Shown piece by piece: positions 31,167 to 41,135 of a stretch of 64,000 nt of DNA. The stretch lies in the NCBI GenBank assembly GCA_047178765.1, contig JBCQTG010000001.1, positions 2,581 to 66,580 of the forward strand, written 5' to 3'. The first letter of the stretch is position 1. Each line of letters starts with the position of its first letter. Below the pieces are notes generated by a model, which had not been told where the DNA came from, did no database searches, and worked only from the letters and a program-made list of their open reading frames with translations. The position numbers and the translations under genes were made by a program. Source of the DNA: Rikenellaceae bacterium (GTDB taxonomy: Bacteria > Bacteroidota > Bacteroidia > Bacteroidales > Rikenellaceae).

Positions 31167-31174
31167 TACCTTTG
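31167..31174 (+). promoter_or_regulatory. -7 promoter element for the Cof hydrolase
   Basis: TACCTTTG 4 nt before the ATG. Confidence 0.6.
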
Positions 31175-31178
31175 AGGA

Positions 31179-31982
31179 ATGGAATATAGATTACTAGTGC
31201 TGGATATTGACGGCACGCTGACAAACACAAAGGGGGAGATCACCGATCGAACAGTTGAGGCGATCAACCGGGCGCAGCAGCAGGGGGTGAAGATCGTCCT
31301 CGCCTCAGGTAGACCAACACATGGAATAATCAGGGTTGCTGAGCAGCTCTCAATGGCTCAGTATGGTGGGTATATACTCTCGTTCAACGGCGGCAGAATC
31401 GAAGAGTACCCTTCGCGTAGGCAGCTCTTCTCATCGACCTTTAGCCGCGAGCTGATACCCGCACTCTATGATCTATCGAGGGGACGTGCAACGATAATGA
31501 GCTACCGCGATAACTTTATCATTAGCGAGAATCCCGAGGATGAGCATGCGCAGATTGAGATTGGGATAACTAAAATGGATGTTCTTAAGGTGGAGAGCTT
31601 CGTTGAGGCGGTGGATTTCGACCCAAATAAATCTCTTATCGTTGGCGACCCCGAGGTTGTAACAGCTATCGGCGAGCAGATCAACAACGAGTATGGCGAG
31701 CATCTAACAGCCTATCGCTCATTCCCCTACTTCCTTGAGGTTGTCCCTTTAGGGATCGACAAAGCACTCTCGCTATCGTCACTGATAGAGCAGTTGGGAA
31801 TCACCCGCGAGGAGGTTATCGCAATAGGTGATGGATTCAACGACCAGACAATGATCGAGTTTGCAGGGCTAGGGGTAGCAATGGCAAATGGACAGCCTTG
31901 CGTTCGCGAAGCTGCCGATATTGTAGCTCTCTCAAATGATGAAGATGGTGTAGCTGATATAATTGATCGGTATATCCTGTAA
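31179..31982 (+). CDS. Cof-type HAD-IIB hydrolase
   Basis: DIDGTL, ASGRP, NGG, GIDKA, GDGFND. Confidence 0.93.
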   Translation: MEYRLLVLDIDGTLTNTKGEITDRTVEAINRAQQQGVKIVLASGRPTHGIIRVAEQLSMAQYGGYILSFNGGRIEEYPSRRQLFSSTFSRELIPALYDLSRGRATIMSYRDNFIISENPEDEHAQIEIGITKMDVLKVESFVEAVDFDPNKSLIVGDPEVVTAIGEQINNEYGEHLTAYRSFPYFLEVVPLGIDKALSLSSLIEQLGITREEVIAIGDGFNDQTMIEFAGLGVAMANGQPCVREAADIVALSNDEDGVADIIDRYIL

Positions 31983-31988
31983 GATCAC

Positions 31989-33530
31989 TTAAGATGCGCG
32001 CATCATCCTGTTGAGAGTACTACTAAGCAGGAAGAGAACCACCGCAGCAACACCGCTCATAACGACAAAGAGCATGAAGAAGCTAGAGAGTGAGTCGATG
32101 CTAAAGCCCATAAAGCTCTTTGCCACACCACCACTCTCAGGGTAGTAGCTACTCAGCACACCGGAGAATTTATTTGCTGCCGACATGCTCAGGAACCAGA
32201 CACCCATCAACAGCGAGGCGAAGCGTACCGGTGCGAGCTGATTAACCATCGAGAGACCTATTGGTGAGAGACATAGCTCTCCCATGGTGTGGATAAAGTA
32301 GAGCGACACCAGCCACATCATACTCACCTTTGTATCACCCTCGACACCACTAACACCAAAGGCTATAATAAGATAGCCCAGCGAGAGAAGGAATAGACCC
32401 AGCGCCTGTTTCAGTGGTGATGATGGCTCCATATTGCGCCTACCAAGCCACGCCCATAGCGCAGCAAAGAGGGGCGCCAATGTGACCACAAAGATAGGAT
32501 TAAGCGATTGGAAGTAGGATGCCGGCATCTCCCAGCCGAAGATCACCCTATTGGTCTGCTCATCGGCAAAGAAGGTGAGCGCCGCGCCAGCCTGCTCAAA
32601 TGCCGACCAGAAAAAGACCACAAAGAAGGCGATGATATAGATCACCCCAATGCGCATACGCTCCACACGACTAAGCGAGGGGTCGGTAAAGATATATATA
32701 GGCATAACAACTGTGCTGGAGTAGATAAAGGCACCCAGCCAATCGGCACTCATCAATGTCGATGTAGAGATGTCGAAACCAACAGCAAAGAGGATTGTTA
32801 GCACCACAAAGAGAGCCAACGTCACCATGTTACGCGCAGAGAACCAGCGAATAGGTTGACTCTCTTCACCCCCCTTAACCAGAGGTTTAGGTACCCCTCC
32901 GATAGCCTGACCCTGAGAGTCGACAAGGTAGCGATTCATATAGAGTCTAAAGACCAATATTCCGATAATCATACCCACACACGCCGAGAGGAAACCCCAT
33001 CGGAAATCCTCCGGGTTACCCGTATTCCCAACCAGACCACACCAAAGAGGTGCGATTGTCGCGCCGAGGTTGATACCCATATAGAAGATTGTGTAGGCTG
33101 AGTCTAAACGCTTATCGTTAGGTGCATAGAGCTGCCCCACCATAGTGGAGATATTGGGTTTAAAGAGACCATTACCCATAACAGATAAGAAGAGTCCACC
33201 AACCATCAACCACACCGCCAGATCGAGGTTATCCAGCGAGCTAGCACTCAGAAAGAGCATGAACTGCCCCAGTGCCATAACCAACGCACCGACATAGATC
33301 GAGCGCCTATTACCCCAGAACCTATCGGCGATATAACCACCTAGCAGAGGGGTCAAAAAGACCAGCCCCGTATAGTTTCCATAGATCATCGACGCCAGCT
33401 CCTTATCGAAGAGCAGTGCCTGAGTCATGTAGAGGATAAAGAGCGCACGCATACCATAGTAGCTAAAGCGCTCCCACATCTCCGTTGCAAAGAGCAGATA
33501 CAACCCCTTAGGGTGGTTTGACATATTCAT
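31989..33530 (-). CDS. POT/PTR family di/tripeptide:H+ symporter
   Basis: EMWERFSYYGMR, FKPNIST, FYMGINLG, GELCLSPIG. Confidence 0.95.
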   Translation of the reverse strand: MNMSNHPKGLYLLFATEMWERFSYYGMRALFILYMTQALLFDKELASMIYGNYTGLVFLTPLLGGYIADRFWGNRRSIYVGALVMALGQFMLFLSASSLDNLDLAVWLMVGGLFLSVMGNGLFKPNISTMVGQLYAPNDKRLDSAYTIFYMGINLGATIAPLWCGLVGNTGNPEDFRWGFLSACVGMIIGILVFRLYMNRYLVDSQGQAIGGVPKPLVKGGEESQPIRWFSARNMVTLALFVVLTILFAVGFDISTSTLMSADWLGAFIYSSTVVMPIYIFTDPSLSRVERMRIGVIYIIAFFVVFFWSAFEQAGAALTFFADEQTNRVIFGWEMPASYFQSLNPIFVVTLAPLFAALWAWLGRRNMEPSSPLKQALGLFLLSLGYLIIAFGVSGVEGDTKVSMMWLVSLYFIHTMGELCLSPIGLSMVNQLAPVRFASLLMGVWFLSMSAANKFSGVLSSYYPESGGVAKSFMGFSIDSLSSFFMLFVVMSGVAAVVLFLLSSTLNRMMRAS

Positions 33531-33536
33531 TTTATT

Positions 33537-35501
33537 CTAAAAATTTATCCCTGTTGGATAGTTTATCTTAACATCAACAATACTCTCGCCCTCCTTAACT
33601 AGAGTGTAGCTAGGGTTAGCAAATCCGCTATATGGCTCGATATTCAACGCTGCATACCTCTCCAAGATCGCCTCATGACGCTGACGATCGATCTTCACAC
33701 CATACCTCTCTACCAACATCTTTGCAGCCTCGAAATCACCCTCGCTCTTAATTCGCTGTATCTCGTGGAGCAGATCGCCAAAGAGCTTACGTAGCCTCTC
33801 CACACTATAGACCTCTACATACTCCTTGCCACCCTTTGTGATAATTTCGCAGATGCCATCCCCGCGCTCTAGCACCCACGAGCTTATGAGTTGACGATTG
33901 CGCATATGTGTCTGCTCAATATCATCTCCAAGTTTGATTCGAGCTAGCTGGGTCAACGAGCCATTGGTCAAATATTTAATATATTGAGCCTTTGCAGCAT
34001 CCATAGATGGCAGCAACCCAAGCTCCAACATCTTCTCATCGGCGATAAAGTAGAGACCAAAGAGGTCGGCACGCACCTCCTCAATAACTGAGTAGTAGCT
34101 ACCCAGATCGGTTGTTGAGACCCCCTCACGCACCTGCCCAGAGCCGTGACCCAAACACTCATGCATATCGACATGGATAGCATCTGAGACCTCGCCATAC
34201 TTATCAATTAGCTCTAGGTTTTTTTTGCCGTAATAGAACTCCTCGGCAAATCCACTACCCCTGCCCGCCTCAGCATAGGCGTGGGTAACGTTATCTATAG
34301 TGACCGACTTAGAGCCATAATCCCGCCTTATCCACTCCGCATTGGGGAGGTTAATTCCGATAGGTGTAGAGGGGTAGCAGTCACCACCCAGCATCGCTAC
34401 GGTGATTACCTTAGCTGAGATACCCTTCACCTCCGCCTTACGGTATTGAGGGTTGATGGGTGAGCGATCCTCAAACCACTGCGCATTGTTGGCTATCAGC
34501 TCTGTGCGGCTACACGCCTTCTCGTCACGGAAGTTCACTAGCCCCTCCCACGCCGCTTTACGACCCAACGGATCGCCATAGACCTCAATAAATCCATTTA
34601 CAAAATCGACCTTCGAGTGTTGATCCTTAACCCATGCAATAGAGTGGTCATCAAAGGTTTTAAGGTCTCCCGTGCGATAGTACTCAACCAACAATCGGAT
34701 AATCTCGCTCTGCTCAGGTGTCGCCACCTCGCGCGCCCTCTCCAACCAATAGACAATCTCCTCCAGCTGTGTTGAGTAGAGACCCCCGATCTTATAGACC
34801 TGCTCGACAATAGCCCCACTCTCATCCTTAATCAACTTTGAGTTGAGACCCAGCGAGATCTTATCATCTGTACGCTGAGCTAGATCGGCATAGAAACTCT
34901 CCGCCTCAGCTTGGGTCACGCCATCATAGTAGTTACACGCCGAGGCGGTGATAAGATCGACCCCCTCCTCGCGAGTTATTCGTCTCGAATATCTATCATT
35001 ATCAAAAATTATAGGGGTGATAAATTCGATATACCCCTCTAAGCTACTCGCTCCAACCGCCTCAACATCGATCTTCGAGGCTATTGAGCGCAGCGCATCG
35101 GCGAGATAATCAGCCGAGAACTGAGGGGTGAACTTCTCCCCCGAGTAGTGGTGGTGGATACCATTTGCAAACCACATCTGCTTGGCGTACAGCTCCACTC
35201 CGCGCCACTCATCACTATCACGATCTCCCTCATAGCTACTCATAAGAGCCTTAAAGGTATCACGCAGGGTGATATTATACTTGAAATTCTGATCGATAAT
35301 TATATCTTGACCCGCCTCAGCTGCCTGAGCGAGGTAGTAGATATAGAGCTTCTCATCGAGCTTCAACTCCTCAAATCCGGGAACCTCATACCGAAGCACA
35401 CGAACATCGCCGAAGCGATCGAGAATCCAACTATTTTCACTATCAACCGACGTCGACACACATGAGCTTAAAGCCATTACTGCTAAATATTTTAAATTCA
35501 T
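33537..35501 (-). CDS. Dipeptidyl-peptidase III (M49)
   Basis: HECLGH, EEVRAD, GFIEVYGDP, GINLPN; lipoprotein-like N-terminus LSSC. Confidence 0.92.
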   Translation of the reverse strand: MNLKYLAVMALSSCVSTSVDSENSWILDRFGDVRVLRYEVPGFEELKLDEKLYIYYLAQAAEAGQDIIIDQNFKYNITLRDTFKALMSSYEGDRDSDEWRGVELYAKQMWFANGIHHHYSGEKFTPQFSADYLADALRSIASKIDVEAVGASSLEGYIEFITPIIFDNDRYSRRITREEGVDLITASACNYYDGVTQAEAESFYADLAQRTDDKISLGLNSKLIKDESGAIVEQVYKIGGLYSTQLEEIVYWLERAREVATPEQSEIIRLLVEYYRTGDLKTFDDHSIAWVKDQHSKVDFVNGFIEVYGDPLGRKAAWEGLVNFRDEKACSRTELIANNAQWFEDRSPINPQYRKAEVKGISAKVITVAMLGGDCYPSTPIGINLPNAEWIRRDYGSKSVTIDNVTHAYAEAGRGSGFAEEFYYGKKNLELIDKYGEVSDAIHVDMHECLGHGSGQVREGVSTTDLGSYYSVIEEVRADLFGLYFIADEKMLELGLLPSMDAAKAQYIKYLTNGSLTQLARIKLGDDIEQTHMRNRQLISSWVLERGDGICEIITKGGKEYVEVYSVERLRKLFGDLLHEIQRIKSEGDFEAAKMLVERYGVKIDRQRHEAILERYAALNIEPYSGFANPSYTLVKEGESIVDVKINYPTGINF

Positions 35502-35522
35502 ACCACAAATCTGTTATTTATG

Positions 35523-35583
35523 CAAATATAATAAATTTTCTATAAATATTTTATGTCATATTCCGGAAATTTATGTAAATTTG
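35523..35583. promoter_or_regulatory. Divergent -7 promoter elements
   Basis: TATATTTG on minus (35523-35530) and TAAATTTG on plus (35576-35583). Confidence 0.6.
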
Positions 35584-35666
35584 TATGGTGGAGATCTCTA
35601 TTCTCCCTAAATTTTTTAAAAATTAAAAACTAGAGAGGAGAGACCCCTCTCCCAAAAGAACTAACA

Positions 35667-36500
35667 ATGGGACTTAAACGACGTATTACACTCGGGTTCA
35701 TGGGCATTGTGGCTATTCTCCTCATTGCGGGAATGGTCTCCTTTATCGAACTTAGCATGCTTGGTCGCGAAACAGATAAGATCTTCGACTCAACACGCCG
35801 AAATAGCGACTATGCAAGCGAGATGCTCAAATCCCTTTCGTCACAAAACAACGCCTTTATCAAGATGTTGGCTTTTGACGACAATTCATACGACACAATC
35901 TGCTACAACTCAATCGATCGTCTAGAGGAGGTGCTAACTAGTGCGCGCAGACACTCATTACAACCGGAATTTATCGACTCTATGGTTATGAACGCTCGAC
36001 AGATACGCACACTTTGTAGCAACTTTGCAGATGCCCGCGACAGCCTAAATCGCCTCGCCGAGGCTCGCAGATTGGTCCAGCTAGCCGACAGCACACACAC
36101 CACCACACCCGCAACAGTGAGCGTCAGAGATCAACGATCAACCACCATACCAATCTACAACGACTACAGAGTGGTCTACAATAACACTATGGAGATGGTT
36201 AGCGGATACCTAACGCTATCACAAGATGCCTTGGCGCCCGATGCCCAACAGCTACACCACAACGCCTATAGAGCGGTCACCCCGGTGATGATCTCGCTGC
36301 TGGTGATGATCGTTGTTGTGCTGATGCTCTACTACTTTACGATGATTATATGCGTCAACCCCATTATATCTATCAACAAGTCGCTGATTAACTTCCTCAA
36401 CTTCAAGATACCGTTTGCACCCAAATGTTATAAACGTGACGAGGCGGAGCAACTATGCGAAAATATCAGCGCTCTAATTAAAGGCAGCAAAAAGCAATGA
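35667..36500 (+). CDS. Membrane protein: TM, helical periplasmic sensor-like domain, TM, HAMP-like stub
   Basis: MGLKRRITLGF..TM, helical middle, second TM, NPIISIN...RDEAEQL; no output domain. Confidence 0.65.
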   Translation: MGLKRRITLGFMGIVAILLIAGMVSFIELSMLGRETDKIFDSTRRNSDYASEMLKSLSSQNNAFIKMLAFDDNSYDTICYNSIDRLEEVLTSARRHSLQPEFIDSMVMNARQIRTLCSNFADARDSLNRLAEARRLVQLADSTHTTTPATVSVRDQRSTTIPIYNDYRVVYNNTMEMVSGYLTLSQDALAPDAQQLHHNAYRAVTPVMISLLVMIVVVLMLYYFTMIICVNPIISINKSLINFLNFKIPFAPKCYKRDEAEQLCENISALIKGSKKQ

Positions 36501-37942
36501 GACTAAATGTAGTACTGAGATATATAGGCATGGTGATGCTCTTTATGGCAGCCGCTATGTTGGCAACAACCATTGTTGCCTATGTCTCGTCACGCGACAG
36601 CTCATTCTATGCCCTGCTGCTATCCACCCTGCTCACCGCACTGCTGGGCAGCTTCCCCCTTATCTTCACCCATGCCGAGAGCTATATCTCCAATAAGGAG
36701 AGTTACGTCATCGTTCTAGGGGGTTGGCTGATGGCGTGTGTAGTGACCACCTTCCCCTACCTAATGTGGGGTGGTGAATTTAGCTTTATCAATGCATGGT
36801 TTGAGTCCGTTTCGGGGTTAACAACTACCGGGGCATCTATACTTAGCGACATTGAGTTTCTCCCCCGCGGACTGCTCTTCTGGCGCATGATCTCGACATG
36901 GATCGGAGGTATCGGAGTGATTATGTTTGCCCTTGTCATACTTCCGTCGATGGGTCGTAACAAAATGACACTGAGCAATGTAGAGCTATCATCAGTAGCC
37001 AAAGACAACTACCACTACCGCTCGCAGACCGTTGTGCAGATCATCCTAGTGGTCTACTTCGGTCTAACCTCACTCATAACCCTCATGCTTAAGATGGCGG
37101 GGATGAATTGGTACGATGCACTGACACACGCAATGTCTGTCGCCTCGACCAGCGGCTTTAGTACTAAGAATGCCAGCATCGCCCACTTCGACTCAGCGGC
37201 GATAGAGTCGATCTTGATCTTCGGCATGATTGCCGCAGGAACACACTTTGGAATGATCTACGCCACACTTACGGGTAAGCGCAACAATATCTTCCGCTCA
37301 GAGGTGATGAGGGTCTATATAGTTATGATCGTAGTGTGTAGTGCAGCTATGGCGGCAAACCTCTACCTCAGCGGCTACTACCCCGACCTAATCACCTCAA
37401 TACGCCACGCAACATTCCAATTCACCTCCCTATTCACAACCACTGGCTTTGCGACGGTGGATAGCAACCCTTGGCCCCCCCTCACAATCGTAGTGCTGAT
37501 CTTCGGATCGATCGTCTGTGCATGTGCAGGGTCAACAACGGGGGGTATAAAGATCAACCGAGCATTGATCGCTGCAAAGATGTTCAAACAGAGGGTACAG
37601 CAGCAGCAGCACCCCAATGCAATATTTAGAGTCAAGGTCGATGGGGTGTCGCAAGATAATGAGACCCTACAGACGGTGGCTATATTCATAGTCTTTTATC
37701 TGTTCCTAATACTGTTAGGCACAGTTGTCTCGACCCTATTTGGGTTTGATGTCACCACCTCGTTTACCGCGGCTGTGGCATGTTTGGGTAATGTAGGTCC
37801 CGGATTTGGAGATGTGGGATCGATGGATAACTATGCAACTATGCCCTCGGCATTAAAGGGTTTTCTCTCCCTACTTATGCTGTTGGGTCGTCTAGAGATA
37901 TTTGGTTTAATTCAACTATTCTTAATCAAATGGTGGCGATAG
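36497..37942 (+). CDS. trkH: Trk system K+ uptake membrane protein
   Basis: FESVSGLTTTGAS, TSGFS, TTTGFA, GSTTGGIK, GNVGPG, GRLE. Confidence 0.93.
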   Translation: MRLNVVLRYIGMVMLFMAAAMLATTIVAYVSSRDSSFYALLLSTLLTALLGSFPLIFTHAESYISNKESYVIVLGGWLMACVVTTFPYLMWGGEFSFINAWFESVSGLTTTGASILSDIEFLPRGLLFWRMISTWIGGIGVIMFALVILPSMGRNKMTLSNVELSSVAKDNYHYRSQTVVQIILVVYFGLTSLITLMLKMAGMNWYDALTHAMSVASTSGFSTKNASIAHFDSAAIESILIFGMIAAGTHFGMIYATLTGKRNNIFRSEVMRVYIVMIVVCSAAMAANLYLSGYYPDLITSIRHATFQFTSLFTTTGFATVDSNPWPPLTIVVLIFGSIVCACAGSTTGGIKINRALIAAKMFKQRVQQQQHPNAIFRVKVDGVSQDNETLQTVAIFIVFYLFLILLGTVVSTLFGFDVTTSFTAAVACLGNVGPGFGDVGSMDNYATMPSALKGFLSLLMLLGRLEIFGLIQLFLIKWWR

Positions 37943-39366
37943 CAAAGATACTTATAGTGCTGATAATAAGCATATCGGCAGCTACAGCTCAGAGTGTAGA
38001 GCAGAAGTCACTACTCACAGCCCTAGAGAGGTTAGAGGGTAGACGTGAGGAGATAAATACAACAATCACTCAGCTACGCCGTGACTACACCTCGGTCGCT
38101 AGTGGCAGTGAGCGAGAGAGTATCGCCAGCCGTATAGCCAATCTGGAGGGGGATATGCTCGATGTCACACAGCAGATCAACGAGACACAACTAAAGTTAG
38201 CTCAATATGAGTTGACTCAAGAGTCGACAAAGAGGAGTCAGGTGAGGGATGAGGCAAAGAGTATAGCCGAGTCAACATATGCACGCAAGAGGCTCAGCCA
38301 CAACGATCTGAAAAGCCTATACATCAACAATATAGGGGCGATAGACTCACTCTGCGCCTCTCAAGAGGAGCGCCTTCTAACGCTAGGCTCACTCCGCAAC
38401 CAATACAACCAATGTGAGGGTGAGAGGGAGGCTATGGCGATAGTCGATAGGTTCGATTCGCTGAAGATGGTCACAGAGAGCTATTCACGTGAACTAGCCC
38501 GCCAATGGGGAGAGGTGTATGACAATAAGCTCTTTGCACTCAATGTATTAATAGAGCATATCGACAACAATCAGCTACGCACAGATAGCCAAAATATTTC
38601 ACGATCGAGTGGCGCTGCATTGGGGGATCTGGGTAGCGACATTGCCGATCCAGCCGTTGCCAACTATGAATATCAGAGGCGCGAACTATTGGCTATCGAG
38701 CTATTGATTGCCCGCTCCTTAGCGTTGACCAACGCTGTCGACTCACTAAGCGCAGTAAATAAGGAGCTATCGGCGAAATGGGATGATAACCACTTTGCCC
38801 CGATAGAGATCGAAGAGAGGATTTTTATCGACTATGCACCTATAACATTCTCTAGCAAACAGATATACAGCAAATCAAACCCCATCCCAGCGACAAAGAT
38901 CTTCAAGCGCGGAGTGGTCTATAGAATCCTCTACGGAGGCTTCACCTCGCCCCAGCAACCTACACTATTCAGAGGAGCCAAACCACTAAGTGTAAATAAG
39001 GAGGAGAACTTAAACCGCTACTACGGCGGAGGGTACAAGTGCTATCGCGAGGCGGTGGAGGCACAGAAAGCCTCTAAAGCCAAAGGGTTTAATCGCCCTG
39101 AGATTGTGATGTGGAGAGATGGTGTAAGCCGCAACCTCTCTCGCCAACCCTACCCTAAGGGGGGATATAAGGTTGTGATTAAGGGGTGCGAGGAGCTACC
39201 CGATAGGGTTGCGCAACTCACCAGCCAATACGACAAAGATGCACAGATAACACGCACCGGCAACGGTGAGTATATAATATCGACCTTTACCGATCGCATG
39301 GTTGCCGAGGATCTCATGGGGGAGATAACTGATATAGATAAAGATTATATAATCTCAATAGAATAA
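37930..39366 (+). CDS. Secreted coiled-coil hypothetical protein with SPOR-like C-terminal region
   Basis: Signal peptide, heptad-rich N-terminus, VVYRI..GGF...YYGGGY...EA..A....KAKGF pattern. Confidence 0.6.
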   Translation: MVAIAKILIVLIISISAATAQSVEQKSLLTALERLEGRREEINTTITQLRRDYTSVASGSERESIASRIANLEGDMLDVTQQINETQLKLAQYELTQESTKRSQVRDEAKSIAESTYARKRLSHNDLKSLYINNIGAIDSLCASQEERLLTLGSLRNQYNQCEGEREAMAIVDRFDSLKMVTESYSRELARQWGEVYDNKLFALNVLIEHIDNNQLRTDSQNISRSSGAALGDLGSDIADPAVANYEYQRRELLAIELLIARSLALTNAVDSLSAVNKELSAKWDDNHFAPIEIEERIFIDYAPITFSSKQIYSKSNPIPATKIFKRGVVYRILYGGFTSPQQPTLFRGAKPLSVNKEENLNRYYGGGYKCYREAVEAQKASKAKGFNRPEIVMWRDGVSRNLSRQPYPKGGYKVVIKGCEELPDRVAQLTSQYDKDAQITRTGNGEYIISTFTDRMVAEDLMGEITDIDKDYIISIE

Positions 39367-39377
39367 CAGACTCTACA

Positions 39378-40355
39378 ATGTGGCATATTCGCAAAATATT
39401 TAATGGCGGAAAAAGAATACCCCTCTTCTACTACATATACAATATAGTTAGCTTCATCGTACCAAATTGCCTGCACCGATTTAGGATGAACTATCGCATG
39501 CATGGCGTTACGAGACGAGATGATTATGAATATATTCTCGATAGGGTCGAGTACTACAACAAGCTCAACACCCCAGTAGCGATAACTAGCAAAGATAAAT
39601 TAACACTTAAAGAGTTTATAAAGAGACGCCACAGCTACCTAAGCCGCTACTTCTACGATACATATAGCGTCATTAAGGGGTTCGACAAGTCTCTCCCAAT
39701 AGTGCCGCTCTTTGGTGATGTGACCACCATACCACCACTCCCATCGATAGTCAAGAGCCGCCCAATAGAGGGGGATAATCACAACTCCGTAGTACTCAAA
39801 CTCGATCGACTACGCCACTTCCTATTTCTTCGCGACTCAATACCCTTCAGAGCCAAAGATCCTCGCGCACTCGGTTACACCTACGCTAAATACAAGCAGA
39901 ATAGAATAGACTTTCTTGAACTCTACCGCGACCGTGAAGAGATATGTATATGCGGAAATGTTATGCGCGACCCAACAGTTGATGATCGCCTCTATCGCGA
40001 CAAGATCACTATTCTCGACCACCTAAAGTTTAGATATATAATTGCCCTAGAGGGTAACGATGTAGCGACCAACCTTAAGTGGATCATGTCATCAAATTGT
40101 ATTGCCGTGATGCCCAAACCAACCTACGAAACATGGTTTATGGAGGGGCGATTGATCCCTAACTACCACTATATAGAGATAAAGAGTGACTTTAGCGATC
40201 TGGAGGAGCGGCTAGAGTACTACAACACCCACCTCGATGAGGCGGAGGCAATAGTCCGAAATGGGCAGGAGTATATCGATCAATTCAGAGATAGCAAACG
40301 AGAGAAGATAATTGGCTATATGACTATGCAACGATACTTTGAGTTTGTTAACTAG
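39378..40355 (+). CDS. Glycosyltransferase family 90 (LpsA-like)
   Basis: FGDV, KSRPI, RHF.F..D, LEGNDVATNLKW.MSSN, ETWFMEG.L.P.YHY. Confidence 0.85.
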   Translation: MWHIRKIFNGGKRIPLFYYIYNIVSFIVPNCLHRFRMNYRMHGVTRRDDYEYILDRVEYYNKLNTPVAITSKDKLTLKEFIKRRHSYLSRYFYDTYSVIKGFDKSLPIVPLFGDVTTIPPLPSIVKSRPIEGDNHNSVVLKLDRLRHFLFLRDSIPFRAKDPRALGYTYAKYKQNRIDFLELYRDREEICICGNVMRDPTVDDRLYRDKITILDHLKFRYIIALEGNDVATNLKWIMSSNCIAVMPKPTYETWFMEGRLIPNYHYIEIKSDFSDLEERLEYYNTHLDEAEAIVRNGQEYIDQFRDSKREKIIGYMTMQRYFEFVN

Positions 40356-40420
40356 CGTGTTAAAATGGTGTTAAATTACCAGACCAAATATTTATCTAAT
40401 TGAAAAAAGTGTTACATTTG
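40346..40420 (+). promoter_or_regulatory. Promoter with OmpR/PhoB-type direct repeats
   Basis: TGTTAA at 40346, 40358 and 40369; -7 element TACATTTG at 40413-40420. Confidence 0.6.
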
Positions 40421-40442
40421 CAGTGTCAAAAATATCATTTTT

Positions 40443-41135
40443 ATGGATAACAACAGAATATTGGTCATCGACGACGAGGAGTCGATCTGCGAGATTTTAC
40501 AACTCACCCTTATGGCTGAGGGGTATGAGGTTGATGTGGCGTATAGCGCCGAACAGGCATTGAAACTCAATATAGCTAGCTACTCACTCATTCTTCTCGA
40601 TATAATGATGGGCGAAACGAGCGGATATAAGATGCTCCAAATATTGCGCACAAACGATGAGACAAAGGCTATCCCCGTAATATTCTGTTCAGCCAAAGAT
40701 ACCAAAGATGATACTATCATGGGGTTGAATCTGGGTGCCGATGACTACATTGTAAAGCCATTCCTCCCTCGCGAGGTTGTGGCGCGAGTACGAAGTGTGC
40801 TACGCCGATTCTCAGCCAGCGCAGCTGCCGATCTGTTGGCTGCAAGTATAGTTGAGTTTGAGGGGTTACGTCTCGACCTCAACCGCAAAGAGTGTACACT
40901 CAATGGAGAGCAGATCCCAATGACCAAAAAGGAGTTTGAGATCCTCGCAATGTTTCTCCAGAACCAAAATACGATCTTCTCTCGTCAAGATATTCTCAAC
41001 CGCGTTTGGGACAATGAGGTTGTTGTTGTCGACCGTACGATAGATGTATTTATCACCCGCATACGCAAAAAGATTGGCGATATGGGTAAACATATTGTCA
41101 CTAGATTGGGTTATGGCTACGGATTTTACGAATAA
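40443..41135 (+). CDS. OmpR/PhoB family response regulator
   Basis: ILVIDDE, LLDIMM, GADDYIVKPF, DRTIDV.I.RIRKK, GYGY. Confidence 0.95.
   Translation: MDNNRILVIDDEESICEILQLTLMAEGYEVDVAYSAEQALKLNIASYSLILLDIMMGETSGYKMLQILRTNDETKAIPVIFCSAKDTKDDTIMGLNLGADDYIVKPFLPREVVARVRSVLRRFSASAAADLLAASIVEFEGLRLDLNRKECTLNGEQIPMTKKEFEILAMFLQNQNTIFSRQDILNRVWDNEVVVVDRTIDVFITRIRKKIGDMGKHIVTRLGYGYGFYE

Noticed and set aside
35585-35655. Imperfect purine/pyrimidine stem upstream of the trkH unit, considered as a c-di-AMP riboswitch
   Set aside because: Too short, low complexity and lacking ydaO-type conserved motifs
38484-38493. TTCACGTGAA, resembling a parS core
   Set aside because: Flanks do not match the 16 bp parS consensus; single copy inside a CDS
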